Source: Heteronotia binoei | Lineage: Eukaryota | DNA: 64,000 nucleotides | Reading direction: 5' to 3' | NCBI RefSeq assembly: GCF_032191835.1 | Contig: NC_083223.1 | Span: 72,044,001 to 72,108,000, forward strand | Shown here: in pieces, positions 38,190 to 51,257 of the stretch | Layout: every line of letters starts with the position of its first letter | How positions within the stretch are numbered: the first letter of the stretch is position 1 | Notes under the pieces: generated by a model | What the model was told of the DNA's origin: nothing | What the model saw: only the letters and a program-made list of their open reading frames with translations | The model's database searches: none | Program-made: the position numbers and the translations under genes

Positions 38190-38520
38190 AGGAGAGGAAA
38201 GTGGGACCCCACAGGATAGGTCCCACACTGATGACAACTGATTCCAATGGCAATTCTTTGGGTCTGGTCTGTGAGGATGCACAACCCCTGATGCCTACTT
38301 CGGCCTCAAGGCATCTCCACAATATGGCATGGTCCCCCATTTCAAAGGCAGCAGATAAATCCAGCAACAAGGAAGCTTGACCTTTGTCTACATTTAGACA
38401 GACATCAACTAAAGCCAGCACAGTCATCCCATAGCCCAGTCTGAAACCGGGTCTAGAAAGACTGAAATAGGTCTAGAGCAGATAAATTACCCAAGAAAAC
38501 CTGGAATTGTTCTGCTGCTG
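38190..38520 (-). mobile_element. L2 RT fragment
   Basis: DKGQASLLLDLSAAFEMGDHAIL (LDLSAAFD motif). Confidence 0.75.
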
Positions 38521-39212
38521 CTCTCTCAATCACTTTGCCTAGGAATGGCAGAGTAGTGACAGGGCAATAATTGGCTACACTATTTTTGTTGGGATTTTTT
38601 TTTTTTAGTAGTGGTGGATGAATAACCACCCCCTTGAGTGGCCTGTTAGTGATTTAGAACGTGATTTTAAAACCCAGGCTGGGCAAGGATCCAGGGTACC
38701 ATTAGAGCCTTCACGGATCCCAGGAGCTTGTCAACATCCATCATGGAAACTGGGTCAAAGTTATCCATAAATAGAACAGGCAATGTATTAGGCAGTTATG
38801 ATGCACTCCCTCCCCCGAAATAGACGTTATATGGTCAGTCTGTATCCTACTCAAAATCTAATTTGGCTCATGCTTTCTAGGATGTAAGTAGTTAGGCAGA
38901 TCCTATCTGGGTTTGAATCACTCTGACAAGAAAGTTTTTCACAGCTATCCCCTATAGCCAAGGTGGGATGGAGTAGACGGGAGATGCTTAATTTGGAGAA
39001 GAGACTAAGAGAGAAATAGAGAATCTGGGTTACAGGTTACCAGACAAGCGTATGCTTAATATCCAACCTGCTGTGGCAGCAAAAAATAAACCTTAATGTG
39101 CTATGGGAATTGTGTAATAAAGTTGAAACAGTGAGCTCCTAATTGAGATACAATAGCTCAAGACCTAGGCCATCTGAGTAAATTACATATCCCATTTGGT
39201 AGAACTAAGTAC

Positions 39213-39833
39213 TAGGGATGGGCATGAACCAAAAAATGAACCATGGTTCAAGCACAAACTGGTCCAGTTCATGGTTCATTTTGAACAAGTTTGTTTGGTT
39301 GCACCATGCCTGAACCAGAAAATGAGCCATCTTTTTTCCTTGGTGGTTTGGTTTTCCAGACAGCCTGGTGCCGATCCAATCAATTCCTAGGCAACAATGG
39401 GGGTGGACATCTGGGAGCCCTAGAAACACCCATAGCAGTTGTCCATACTGCTTGATTGGCAGTTCTGGGAGCCAATCATGGAGCTTCCATTCTGCTCTGT
39501 GGGAGCAGGCACCCTGTCTCACCTGCTTTCACTATGCAGCATGAAGAGAGAATAGCTGAAGCTGAGCTTTCCTGGGGGCACCTGCCTTGGAGGGCTATAA
39601 CTCAGACATTCCAAATCCAATCTTTGCCATACTTGGAGGGTTAGTGGAGGACAGCCTGCTGAAGACTCCTGGCATGAGGAGGGGCCTGTTCTATACCTCC
39701 TGAATCAAATGAACCACAAACCAGTTCAGGTAATCAAATAAACCAAGAACAAACATGAATTACTAGTTCAAGCAATCAAATGAACCACGAACTAACACAA
39801 ACCACAATTTTTTCTGGTTTGTGCCCATCTCTA
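39213..39833. mobile_element. Non-autonomous hAT-like element
   Basis: TIRs tagggatgggcatgaacc / ggtttgtgcccatctcta; TSD ctaagtac/ctaggtag (6/8); subterminal gaacca repeats. Confidence 0.65.
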
Positions 39834-40129
39834 CTAGGTAGCCTCAGGGCCCATTTCACATTTTTCATGTTTTAAGGCTTCATGAGGCACTTATGTTAGA
39901 TGCAAATATGTGTGTGGATGTTGCAAAGGAAGGTGCTTTATTCAATGGGCTCTGGTAAAGATGGTACTTGCATGGCTCCACCTTTTAAGCAGCTACCTTG
40001 CTGAAAATATCTGAAATAGGCTTAAGTAAATTTACATTATTACTTATTTAATACACATGTATGTAACTATTGACAAGGAAAAATCCTAAACAGGCATACT
40101 CAAAAGAGAGTCCCATTTTCTTCACAGAA

Positions 40130-40935
40130 ACAGAGTTGGAAATGACCTAAATGGAAATCTAGTCCAATCCCCTGTCCGATGAAGGAAAGACAAAAGTACC
40201 CCCCTCCCCGCACACTATCCCAGTGATCCTTGCTCTATGCCCAGCAGGAGGCAGAAAAACCTCCAGGATCCTTGAGCCAATCTGGCCTGGAGGAGAATTC
40301 TTTCCTGACCCCAAAGGGATGATCAGCATTACTCTGTTCAAATAAGAACGGACCACAAGAGCCAAGCACTGCCTCATTCCTTTCTGCTCTCCCTCTCATG
40401 ATTTGCCTAAGTTCACAGAATCAGCATTGCTGTCAGATGGCCATCTAGCCTCTGCTTAAAAACCTCCAAAAAAAAGCGCCCACCACCTCCCAAGGAAGCT
40501 TGTTCCAATGAGGAACTGCTCTATCAGAAAGTTCTTCCTACTATTAGCCAAAATTCTTCTGATTTAATTTCAAGCCATTGGTTCTGGTCTGACCTTCTGG
40601 TACAACAGAAAATAAACCCTCTCCATCCTGTATATGACAGCCCTTCAGACACTTGAAGATGACTATCATATCACCTCAGTTATCTCCACTCCAAGCTACA
40701 TATATTCAGCTCTTTCAACCTTTTATCATAGGACTTGGTCTCCAGACCCCTCACTATCTTAATTGCCTTCCCCTGGACATGTTCTAGCTTGTCAATATCC
40801 TTCTTAAACTGCAGTGCCCCAAACTGAACACAGTACTCCAAAGTGAAGTCTAACCAGAACAAAGTGATACTACCACTTTGCATGAGTTGGACACTACTGT
40901 TGATGCAGCCCAAAACTGCATTCAATAGGGCTAAC
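40130..40935 (-). mobile_element. CR1 LINE 3' fragment
   Basis: [34 protein letters not shown]...[11 protein letters not shown], plus a CR1-type 3' UTR. Confidence 0.88.
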
Positions 40936-40973
40936 TCCCTGGAAAGTGTCTGTAGGACTGCAGCCACAGTTAC

Positions 40974-41052
40974 CTATATTTGGGAGCATACGTATGGAGT
41001 TCATGTGCTTCTATTCTTAAATGCTTTATAAAATATGGATAGTATTTCACTA
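40974..41052 (-). CDS. Candidate exon ([26 protein letters not shown])
   Basis: Donor AG|gtaact; weak acceptor attacacag|; phase 1-2 fits both neighbours. Confidence 0.42.
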
Positions 41053-41521
41053 CTGTGTAATGCTTCAATTATGTCAGATGTGGTTGTAGTCATACACTTG
41101 CAAAGGATTAACTTGTATAGGAAAAGGGAGCTACATCCATTCAGCCTCCCAAACAGCCACCCTTTCCATCATCATTAATGATGTGGGCAGGCTAGAAAGC
41201 AAATGATTCCAGTTCTGTGGTAAGAGAGTGCACCTATTAAGCAAAACCACTAGCCACAAGGGAGAAGCCAAGATGGAAAAATCCTGGGGAAAAATCCGCC
41301 TACCCTATCACCATTGATAGTTCCCGCTAATATGATTTCAGTCACCTTTTTAAAAAATGCCAGTATTCATAGATAAGGTTGTCCAGATTTCCATCAATTC
41401 CCTCTCCCACCCCAGACTTGGGGAAACTTAAAAAAAGGTGCTGGTACTCAGTACCAGTGAATACCATCATAAAATAATCCCTGATTTTAGTTGCAAACTA
41501 TCGAAGGTTCATACAAAATAC

Positions 41522-41689
41522 CAGTGCTTTTTTTTTTTAATAGAAAAAGCTCAGCAGGAGCTCATTTGCATATTAGGCCACACCACCTGGTCTGGGAGAT
41601 GTGGCTGCTGCATGGTGGGAGTCAGGCCAACCGGAGCCTGGAACAAGGTGGAGCTCCGTTCCTGTGAGCTCTGGCAGAAAAAAGCCCTG
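41522..41689. mobile_element. hAT MITE (same family as 6240, 55094, 55516)
   Basis: cagtgctttt...aaaagccctg termini; TSD caaaatac/taaaagac (6/8); gcaggagctcatttgcatattaggccacac core. Confidence 0.7.
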
Positions 41690-43385
41690 TAAAAGACTGA
41701 TGACAGAAGCAAATGATGAGGGTCTTTAAATAAGATATTCCTGAGGGCACCATCCATTTTTTAAAAAGTTTTTAAACAAAAAGTAGAATCCTTAAATAGT
41801 TGTCAAAACTTGTCTTAAGGTAGTCTCTTCCTACTTGATGGTTGATAGCAGTTTCATATCTGGGGCTATAGTCCTGTGTGCATACAAAGAAACACTCACT
41901 GGCCTCACTGTATATTATTGTCCTGCCTCTTGTCACTTAAACTGAAATCAGTGCTTTCCCTTTCCAACATCAACTGTGGAAAGCTATGGTCCAAGACCAA
42001 GTCTACTGTGCAATTTTTTAAATTTAAAAATGTAATTCAAACTCCATTTTGTAATTATAAATTTCACGTCTGATTTGTACATTCCAATTTATACAATGCA
42101 GTTGCATTACATTTCTTTAAAAAGCAGTCTCTGGAAGCACTCATTCTGTAAGATTTGTGAAGTTCTGTGAAAGGTCTATACTGCCCTCAGGTGGTAGAAG
42201 CAAGCACAGAACACAGCATACCCATTTTAGCAGGACCATGCAGTTCAGATAGCCATTCTTCTTCAATTAATAGTTTTACAATTCAGTCTTAGTGCAAGTG
42301 GTTTATTATACAGCCACCTATTAATGACTAAAAGGATACAGTGGATTTGCCATTGATCTCAAGCAGTTAAATAGTATTTTCTCAAGATTATTAGGAGGCA
42401 TTTAGTAGATTTAATGGTCAAGAGAAAGGCAGATGGTGTATCTGTTCAGCACGTGAGCGGTTTTGGTATAGGAATATCATGTGAGATGAAGTTAAGCACC
42501 TTGGACATTTCTCATGAGCATACTGAAATCTGTTCCACCAAGAGATGCCTGAAGGTAAAATGTGGCATCAAGTTGCAACCAACTCATGGCAACCCCATGA
42601 AGTTCCATCTTTCCCATCCAGGCCCCAACCCTGCTTAGCTTCCATGCTCCAATGAGGGTGGGCTAGTCTGAACTATTAACACTGTCAAGAATGCTTGAAG
42701 CAGAATAAAAGACCCTCTTTGCAATAGAGGCACACTCTTCAGCAGTCATTCTCTGCTTTGGAACAAGATATGAAATGGGGAGAATGTTATAGGGAGTATG
42801 AGAAGCTAAAATGTGTAAAAAAATAATTTCTACTTAAGATTTTATTCTTAAAAGCCCATTAAAGAGGCAGTATAATTTTTCAGTGTAACTGTTGCTGTTA
42901 GGTTGTAACTTTTAAGGTTACAATCATTAGATTTTTTGCAGATTTTATTTCCCCCCTAGTTTTATACTATTTTTTATTATCTGTTGTAAGCCCCCTTGTG
43001 AACCTCACTTGAGTACAGGATGGAAATGCTTTAACAAAGCAAAATCTATCTCCTCTTGTACAGTGGTTGGTTCTTCAGAATGCATGGGTAGCACGGGCAT
43101 GCATGAGTAACCTCCTCCTCCTCCTCCTCCGTTCTTCTGTCCTTTCATCTAGGAATACCCAATGAGCTACATTTACACATCACACCAGAGGCAGCATCTT
43201 TTTTCTTTTTAAAGTGTTTGTCATAGATATTCTACACATTGAAGACACACATAAAAGGGAACCCACCTCTGCATATTTTTGAAGTGGAGTATATTGATGC
43301 TAGGCAACTTGTTTCCATGCTAGCCAGTATAGATTGTTGTGCCCCAACATTACATACACAAGACAACACAAAATATACATGATAC

Positions 43386-43482
43386 TTGCATACAAACTAA
43401 AGAGTTCCATGCAGTATTTCTTCAAGCGCTGCCCATCACCACAATACTGGTCAGCAGATAGGATCACATTGTCCTCAATGGT
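43386..43482 (-). CDS. Candidate exon (TIEDNVILSADQYCGDGQRLKKYCMELFSLYA)
   Basis: Strong acceptor cttccccgatggattcttttag|; donor A|gtatca; open, protein-like frame; phase 0-1. Confidence 0.55.
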
Positions 43483-45298
43483 CTAAAAGAATCCATCGGG
43501 GAAGACAAAAATAACCACAAAAGGCAGGATATGAGCTGGTTTTGTTTTACCAGCTCAAGGCCAAATTGGATTAAATTATTAACTCTTTTCCTTTAAGGGA
43601 AGAACTTGCTGTTAGATTTCAGCAAGATATATAGCCATCACTGTCTACAAGGCTCATTCTAATAGTGCTTAAAGACTTTTTTGTTTTGTTTGGCACACCC
43701 TCAATAACCGTTATTGGCCCTAATCCCTGGTTATGTCATGTGTGTCAATATTTTTATTACATTTAAATACTTACTATATATTCTCTTTTAAATACTGTTT
43801 TGATGTTTGCTGTCTTGGAGATCCTATATTGGTTATGAGTGTTTTCAATGGGAATGCAAGAGTCACACAAAAGTAGATTTCTCACTTTTGCATTGAAGTG
43901 TGGTAGTCCACAAATAAGAAACATAAGGACAAATGTAAGCTATTCCTGTGAGTGCATAAGGCCCAGAATAGTCAAATCTCTAATTAGCACTGGTGCTACC
44001 ATTGAATTAAATACTTTGATGTTTTCAATACAACTGGAACAGGCCTTTCAGGAACTATTTTGATTTCAATGAACAATACTTCCTTTATAAGGAGAATTCC
44101 AAGGTACATGAGCTTCACCAGTCACAATCAACAAACAAGGCCAAGCCCTACCACAGAGGCAAAACTGGGATAAAATTTACAAAGATTGTGAGGCAACGAC
44201 ACATCATGACGGCTACAGGTCCAACCCCCGGGCCAGTGCCATTTTAGAGAGAAATTTCACTATTTAAAAATCATGAGGGCCTAATCCTAATTGCCTGATC
44301 CGCAGCAGCCTGGGCCCAATCTCCCACACCCCCATCTTTCCAAAACAGCTGTAGTCTGGCTCTTTGTCAGCTATGAAAATATCAGAAAGACCTTTTGCTT
44401 GAACTTTAGGACACAGCACAGATAAACAACTTAAGTTTAGCAGCTGCTCAATACCAACAGGCACAATCAGGACCTATGTATAAAGGAGAGGAAGTATAAT
44501 AGTAATATACATTTTTTAAAAGTGAGAAACTAATTTCCTGTCAACCTTTAATCATTTATGTGTTGTGTTGCTCAGTACAGTGTCAAGGGAGGTTCGTCTT
44601 TGAAAGACCTTAGGCCAGCCACGACCACACGTCAATCTGAAATGTGACAGAATGGTGTTGTCATCTTTGCCTACCAACTTTTCATTAACTAACAACAGGA
44701 GCAGCCATTCTCTAAAATGACTTTAGCTGCTGGCAAGCCTTTGAAACTGATCTCAACAGGACATTTAGGTGGTAGTACTGAATCATCTATGATTACCTTT
44801 TACATCATACATAGTAGCCTTAAGATGAACTGCCTAGTGGCAGGAGTGAAGGTAAGTGGTTCAGAATTCAGCTGTCCCAAATGCCCCTGGGCATGAATCA
44901 AATGGACTGGGGAACTGAGAGAGCCCAAATGGGCTGAAAACAGTGCCTTAGGGAGAAGAAGAGCTCCTCCCCTGCTCCCCAACAGTTCTCACACAAAAAC
45001 TGCACAGTCAGGGGAGTTATTTCACATGGAGTATCTGTGCACTTGGAGAAACAAAAATAGGCAAAATAATCTCCCAACAGTGCAATTCGTATATGAGAAA
45101 AATGGGCGAGGGCAGGAGCCTTTCTTCCTCTTGTGGTGCCATTTCAAGCTCATCTGGGCTCCTCTTTTTTAGTTGCGGTGAGGCTACAGAGAACACAGGA
45201 GAAAAGGTGTAAACAAGAAATATAAGTTGTAGTAGATGCCTATGCGGCAGAAAGCTGGTTCACCAACAGCTCTAAATAGATCAAAATGGTGTCATGAC

Positions 45299-45463
45299 TA
45301 GTGTTCTCTTAGTTAGCAGGCGCTAGCTCACAGATTTTTAGCCTCCAGCTCACACATTTTTGTCTTAGTTCAGGAAGGATGACCCCAGAGCACAATAATT
45401 TATGCAGTAGCTCACAATGTAGAATTTTTGCTCACAAGACGCTGCAGCTTAGAGGGAACACTG
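45299..45463. mobile_element. hAT MITE
   Basis: TSD gtcatgac/gtcatcac (7/8); inverted sibling of 12821-13127. Confidence 0.75.
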
Positions 45464-45553
45464 GTCATCACCAACTACAAAAAAAAAGCTTCCAAAAGTT
45501 CTACAATCTCAGCAATGGAGTGCAAGTGTGTACATGGTTCCTTTTACTCAGAG

Positions 45554-45731
45554 GAGCAAGATTTGAGTCCAGTAGCTCCTTAAAGACCACCAAGATTCCC
45601 AGGATCTAAGTTTTCAAGAGTCAAAGCTCCCTTTACAGATCTTTGTCTGACAAAGGGGGCTTTGACTCTCAAAAGCTTATACCTTGGAGATTTTATTCAT
45701 TTTAAGGTGCTACTGGACTCCAGTCTTGCTC
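45554..45731. repeat. ~180-bp palindrome made of two inverted short repeats with decayed hammerhead-like cores
   Basis: Arms gagcaagatttgagtccagtagc...gagtcaaagctcccttt and aaagggggctttgactc...gctactggactccagtcttgctc are reverse complements. Confidence 0.75.
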
Positions 45732-46654
45732 TTCTACTGCAGACCAACACAGCTACTCAACTTAACTCAAAGGACTGCTGATTCCCATACAAGCATTTGA
45801 ATTACTTTAAAGAAGGAAGTGAACATGGTTTTTACTGTCATTTCAACACAAATTGTCACCCAAATATTAGAAATGTTTCCAGCAGAGGAAAAAAACACAC
45901 ACACTTAACTGTAAATTTTTATTGTGCTTACAATGAAACCAATTTGCGTGCAAAACAGACACACACACCCCTCTTTTGTTATCCACTGTACATTTACTCC
46001 ACAGTTGTCTTCAAAGGAGTCACTGTAAAAGGCCTGTCCTGTGAAGTGGACCATTCTCTTCTGTTGCCAAGATCCCTAAGGAACTGAACAATCACTAGCA
46101 AGCCAGGAACAGAACTGGACACAAGGATATAAATCCTTGCTGTTATCCATTCAGATTCTTTTAGGAATTTCTTTGTGGGCTTCAGCTGAAAACCTTTCAT
46201 TCAGTCTGCTCAGGAAACTCAAGAGACTGACAAGTCAAGCATCAACTTCAATTTGTCTTTAACATTATTCACTTTTAATCCTCTCTCTCAACTACTTGAA
46301 AGGATTTGGTAGTTTAAAAGGGGGGGGGGGGGATCCTGCCAGATATTTTCCTCCACCCACCTGCCAGTGCACTGCAGGTTTAAAAGTCCTATTTCCTTCC
46401 CAACAGAAATGAAGTTTACAACAAAGGCTTCATGAAACAGCAAGTTCAGGCACCTATAAGGGATCCTCATCCCTAACAAAATGCTTTCCTTGACTTTTAG
46501 ACTGCTTTCCTTGACTTCCCCCAGGAGGGAATTATGGCAGTGAAGATTTGATAAAATAGCATGTGGAATAATCACCACAATACTGCCTAAAATGACATGG
46601 AGAGAGAAAACAACAGGTATGGCATTCTATATCAGAAAGTGCTGGGAAACTTTT

Positions 46655-46900
46655 TGAAGAAGATATTGGATTTATACCCCATCTTTCAGTTGGAATCTCA
46701 GAGCGGCTTTCCTTCCCCACTACAGATACCCTGTGAGGTAAGTGGCTGACAGAGCTCTTTCCAGAACTGCTCTTGAGAGAACAGTTCTGAGAGAACATGT
46801 GACTAACCCAAGGTAATACCAGCAGCTGCATGTGCAGGAGTGGGGAATCAAACCCGGTTTTCCCAGATTAGAGTCCGCATGCTTAACCACTACACCAAAT
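46655..46900 (-). mobile_element. tRNA-derived SINE (Squam3-like)
   Basis: Homologous to 7080-7355. Confidence 0.75.
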
Positions 46901-47935
46901 TGGTGTTGGAACTTGACAGAAAGAGTCAAATAGCCCATTCGGATGTTTCCTGTATCCCCAAGTGTAGAATCTATGCCACCTGAAAAGTCTCTGATGTAGT
47001 TCTGATTAACAGAGAAAGTGCAAGTAATACAAAAAATACAGCATATCAGAGGTGTGAAACATGTGGCCCAGAAGCTGAATCAGGCCCCCAAGCAACTGGC
47101 TCTTGTCTGCTTCCTTCTCCTTCTTTCTTGCTTCCTTCTACATCTCAGCTTGCTTTGCAAGGCTTGCTCAATCACACAGGAGCTACAAACCTCTATTTTC
47201 TCCATTGGTTGAGGCTCCTCCCTTGGGAATAGCTTGCTTTGCCAGGCTCTCTCACTTGCACAGAAGAGCTACTGAGCCAAGCCTCTCTTCCTTCTATTGG
47301 CTGAGGCTCCCCCCTCCTGGTCCCCTGGGGAGGGAGAGAAAGAGCCAGACTTTCCTTTCCCCGGTTCCCTGGATCCCAAGGGAGAAATACAACAAAAGCA
47401 CCTTTAAGACCAACAAGTGCCAATGTTTTAAGCATGCTTTATTTATTTATTTTTAAAAAAATCTTTAATCATGTTTGTCTCTGTCCTTTAAAAAGTTTAT
47501 ATCTCCACTACCTAATCTTATATAGGTACACACATGGCCCAGCCCAACAATTCCGGCCCAATAAGCTTTATGTCAGATCCGGCCCTCATAACAAATGTGT
47601 TTGACAACCCTGGCATACATGTATACAGAGTGTACATAAATGACTCTCAAACAGAACTTCAGGATTCTAGAAATACTAAGGCGGGGGGGGGGGGAGAAAT
47701 AGTGCTCTAGGGAGAAGGCAATTCAAATCCTGGTGATTGTAATCTACATTATTCAAGTAGAACACCCTCTTACCATATATTTTAAGAAGTCATTTTAATA
47801 AACAGGCATGCATTACTAATTTTTACTGAATTTAAATCCTGCATTTCACAAAATGTCCAAAAGAGTTTACAGACTGTATATTTAAAAAAATACAAAGCTT
47901 TTACTAATGAACAAGATCCAGAAGCTGATACTGAC

Positions 47936-48029
47936 TATTGCTTTGTTCCTTGGCCAATGGGATGCCGCCAAGTGAGCTCCCATGCTTTTCAGCTCCTGCA
48001 CAAGCTGCTGGGAGAGGTTATGCAGAGAT
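47936..48029 (-). CDS. Candidate exon (SLHNLSQQLVQELKSMGAHLAASHWPRNKAI)
   Basis: ctatgctccag| ... |gtcagt; phase 2-0; amphipathic-helix-like peptide; acceptor only moderate. Confidence 0.4.
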
Positions 48030-48519
48030 CTGGAGCATAGTATCATTTTATGCAGATAATAATCCAATTATTTCTTTTCCAGCTGATTCTAGGGAGCCAG
48101 TGGTAACTTTTAATCAGTTTCTGCCATTTGTGAAGGGTTAGAATGTGAAAAAATAATATTATTCCATCTGCAATTTTACCTGTTGCCTAATATGTCTTAG
48201 CAGTTGTGATTTTTAGTGCTGCTCTATCCTTGCTGTGATTATTCTACTTAAATCATTTTACTAATTTCAATCCTAGAGGTTCAGTGATGTCACTTACTGG
48301 TTGTAGCAGGAAGCGGTATTGATGTCTTCCCTCCATTCATTCAAGCAGCAGCAGGAGGGGGGAAACAAAGACAGCAGTGGGAGTGCCCACCATAACGGGT
48401 AATTTGGCAGCCCCACCTGGCAGTCTAGAAATTTCATCTGGAAAGCTGTTCTGGCCATTCTGATGCTTTATTTCTTATACTTAAGAATCTTTTAGAGATA
48501 CTGGAGCTATTACAGGGTT

Positions 48520-49100
48520 GTTGTTTTTTTAAATCCTTTTAAAAAAAAACAAGGGGAAAAAACTTAAAATCCATCAACTAATTTAAAAAGAAACAAAGAA
48601 AAAAAAGATATGCATAAAAGTAAAGACAAAAATATAACAGTGGTGGTAGATATACACATAGGTTTCTATAAATAGTTTCCAAATATCTAAAAATACGTCC
48701 ATATGCAATTACCATATGTTCAAATACTGATAAAGTTCTAAGGTCTTTAATCCATTGATTTCCTGGAAACAGGCTTTTATCCTTCCAGTGTCATAGTTAG
48801 CTGCAGTAAGGACACAGAGGATCCATTTCAATGACCACTGGTTAGCCTCCAAGAGAAGGGCAGATAGTTTAAAAGTACATAAGCATCCTCAAAAATCAAT
48901 GAACATTCTAATACAAAATTGATAGGAGTAATATCACTGCAGTTGTATATGCCAGTCCATAAAGTGTGTGACACCAGATGTTCCTACAGATTATTGAAGT
49001 TTCAGATTCACTGATGCCAGTTTCATTTAAATCTACAAATTCCAATATATTGGACATCATTGTGCTATATCACAGGAAACCTAGGATTTACAACCATAAT
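48520..49100 (-). mobile_element. Decayed L1 3' fragment
   Basis: Remnant of the CCHC/HxFWxC region followed by a T-rich 3' UTR on the minus strand. Confidence 0.5.
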
Positions 49101-49384
49101 GAGTATTCCTAGTACATAGCAGATTATGAAATAATGGGCTATAAAAATGATTTTGTTCTGATTAACCTCCATTGTCAAGCCATCAATTATGCAGTTTTAG
49201 TAGCTACTGTCATGTCAGCACAAACATTACTTGCTTGTTTTAAAGCTACACACCAGCAACTAAGTTATCTTCTACTTTAAAGAGTGATGTCTTATCAAGC
49301 AAGTCTGCACAAAGTTCACCCAGGGACAAGTCTCTCCATTTATGGCACGCAGCAAACACACAAACATTTATCCTTCTCTCTCAC

Positions 49385-49434
49385 CTATGGGTGTACTTAG
49401 TGTTAATGTGCTTAATGTACATGATTTGCACATT
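49385..49434 (-). CDS. Candidate exon (NVQIMYIKHINTKYTH-R)
   Basis: gtgtttcag| ... AG|gtgaga; phase 0-2 bridges the 51.1-kb and 48.0-kb exons. Confidence 0.28.
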
Positions 49435-49751
49435 CTGAAACACTGTCTGAGGACTGCATCGGTTTAGTATTCAGATGAGTGGAGAGGCTACAGTGTAATG
49501 GTGTTGAGAGATCATATAACCTCTTTACTGGTTAAGAGATACACACATTTTATCATCTACAGGAGAAAGTAATTTTGCTCTTGCAACACTTGGCTTTCAA
49601 ACTAAATTTTCATCCAGAATAATGTTGCATTTGGATACTGTAGAATCAAAAAGCTTTACAAATTAAACGTCTGAAGATTAAACATGATTTTAAAACAGAC
49701 CTTTCACTTTGCATTTGCAAACCAACCTCCCCCCACCTCTTTTAGCTGATG

Positions 49752-50030
49752 AGGAGAGCCAGTTTGGTGTAGTGGTGCGGACTCTTTAACTGGGAGAAGC
49801 GGGTTTGATTCCCCACTCCTCTACCTGCAGCTGCTGAAATGGCCTTGGGTCAGCCAAAGCTCTCACAAGAGTTGTCCTTGAAAGGACAGCTGTTGTAAGT
49901 GTTCTCTCAGCCCCACCCACCTCACAGAGTGTCTGTTGTGAGGGCAAAAGATAAAGGAGATTGTGACTGCTCTGAGACTCTGATTCAGAGAGAAGTGCAG
50001 GGTAAAAATCTGTGGTCTTCTTTTCTGTTT
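49752..50030 (+). mobile_element. tRNA-derived SINE (Squam3-like)
   Basis: ggagagccagtttggtgtagtgg head, gggtttgattcccc B-box, (tctt)n tail. Confidence 0.78.
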
Positions 50031-51023
50031 CTTCTGTTTTGTATTAGCTCTTTGAAGATCTGAACTATAGTGAGCGCACGCTTTGTGCCGATCTAGATCA
50101 GCAATTCTCAGCAATGAGAGCAGGCTATTTGTCCACCACACATATTGTGAGTTACTCTGACTGCTGAGAAAGATATTAAGGAGGTTTAATTAAGAACTCT
50201 CTTTTAGGGAATCACTGAACTATATCCCTAATAAAGCGCCAGGGGGCAGGGATTAAAGCTTCTCCCCAGTATTTCCTTCATCTGGCATCAAAATACAAAT
50301 GCAGAAGCATGCAATGGAAATATAAGAAAATTCAGAATGTCTGCTTAGACAAAACTTGCATGACCTCCTTGCTTTGCTTGCTTCAGCAGTTTTCCAAGGC
50401 AGAGAGAGTAAACAGCCTTCTCCCAGCTTTTTTTCCCCCACAGCTGAGAGTGTAGGATGTTTACACTACCTGTCACTTAGAATTGTCCTGGATCATTTGG
50501 GAACCAAGAATCAAGATCACAGCAGCTGTAAGAGGACAAAATAATAATAATACAGTATTAGGAAGAGATTAGGCAGATTTGCTTTAGAAACATTTTCTAT
50601 GTAGGTGGAAAGGATAGAGATATATCTTAGAGGAAATTCTCATATATAAAAAAGTCTGCAACATCTCCAGAGAAATAACACATGATGCATGCTTACTTCT
50701 GATTGTTGCTGTACTTTAGCCCATTTTTAGTTCAAGGTATTTCTCAATGTCCTGGTGTGCCTAGAAACAAAGAGAAATTAACCATGGTAAATGACACCAT
50801 TATTCATACAATCAATAAGTCCATTATGATTTTTTTGTCTCTCAGTGAGCAATCCTAAGCACTGGGGTTTTTTAATGTCCACTGGGCTTAGAAGGGGGCA
50901 ACTCTGCTTAGGATTGCACTGGTGCACTTCAGTTGGACCAAAAAATATTACTTGGGTGTTGTTTAAAGAGCAGTGGGGGGAAAAACAAAATAAAACACCA
51001 GGAACTGGATCCAGCATAATTAC

Positions 51024-51118
51024 CTGACTACAAGGATTTCTGCCTGTGGAGTGTGTCTTTCTTGGCTCTCCTCTTCCATAGCAGCTTGAAATTAATTTCA
51101 GGAGTATTTCAGGCTGCT
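51024..51118 (-). CDS. Candidate exon with two usable frames (EQPEILLKLISSCYGRGEPRKTHSTGRNPCSQ, or MEEESQERHTPQAEILVV from ATG at 51079)
   Basis: Very strong acceptor ttcttggttctcctcttttag| and donor CAG|gtaatt. Confidence 0.55.
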
Positions 51119-51216
51119 CTAAAAGAGGAGAACCAAGAAATTCATGCTCTGCAAGTGGAAGCCCTTGCATTTGCACCACTGGATTGTACCCCTGTGGTTA
51201 CCATGAGTTCACTTAC

Positions 51217-51257
51217 TTTCCTTCTATCTTAAGAACAAGTGGTAGCTACATTCTTGT
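51217..51257 (-). other. Candidate 41-nt non-coding exon (stops in all three frames)
   Basis: actttgctttctttcag| ... AAA|gtaagt; separated from the 51118 exon by a 98-nt GT-AG intron. Confidence 0.4.

Noticed and set aside
43960-44480. Possible ancient LINE remnant on the minus strand (KVFNSMVAPVL)
   Set aside because: Only one loosely matching motif; the clade cannot be supported.
42500-44855. Additional exon-like segments at ~42500-42548 and ~44796-44832
   Set aside because: Plausible splice sites, but their phases do not fit between the neighbouring candidate exons.
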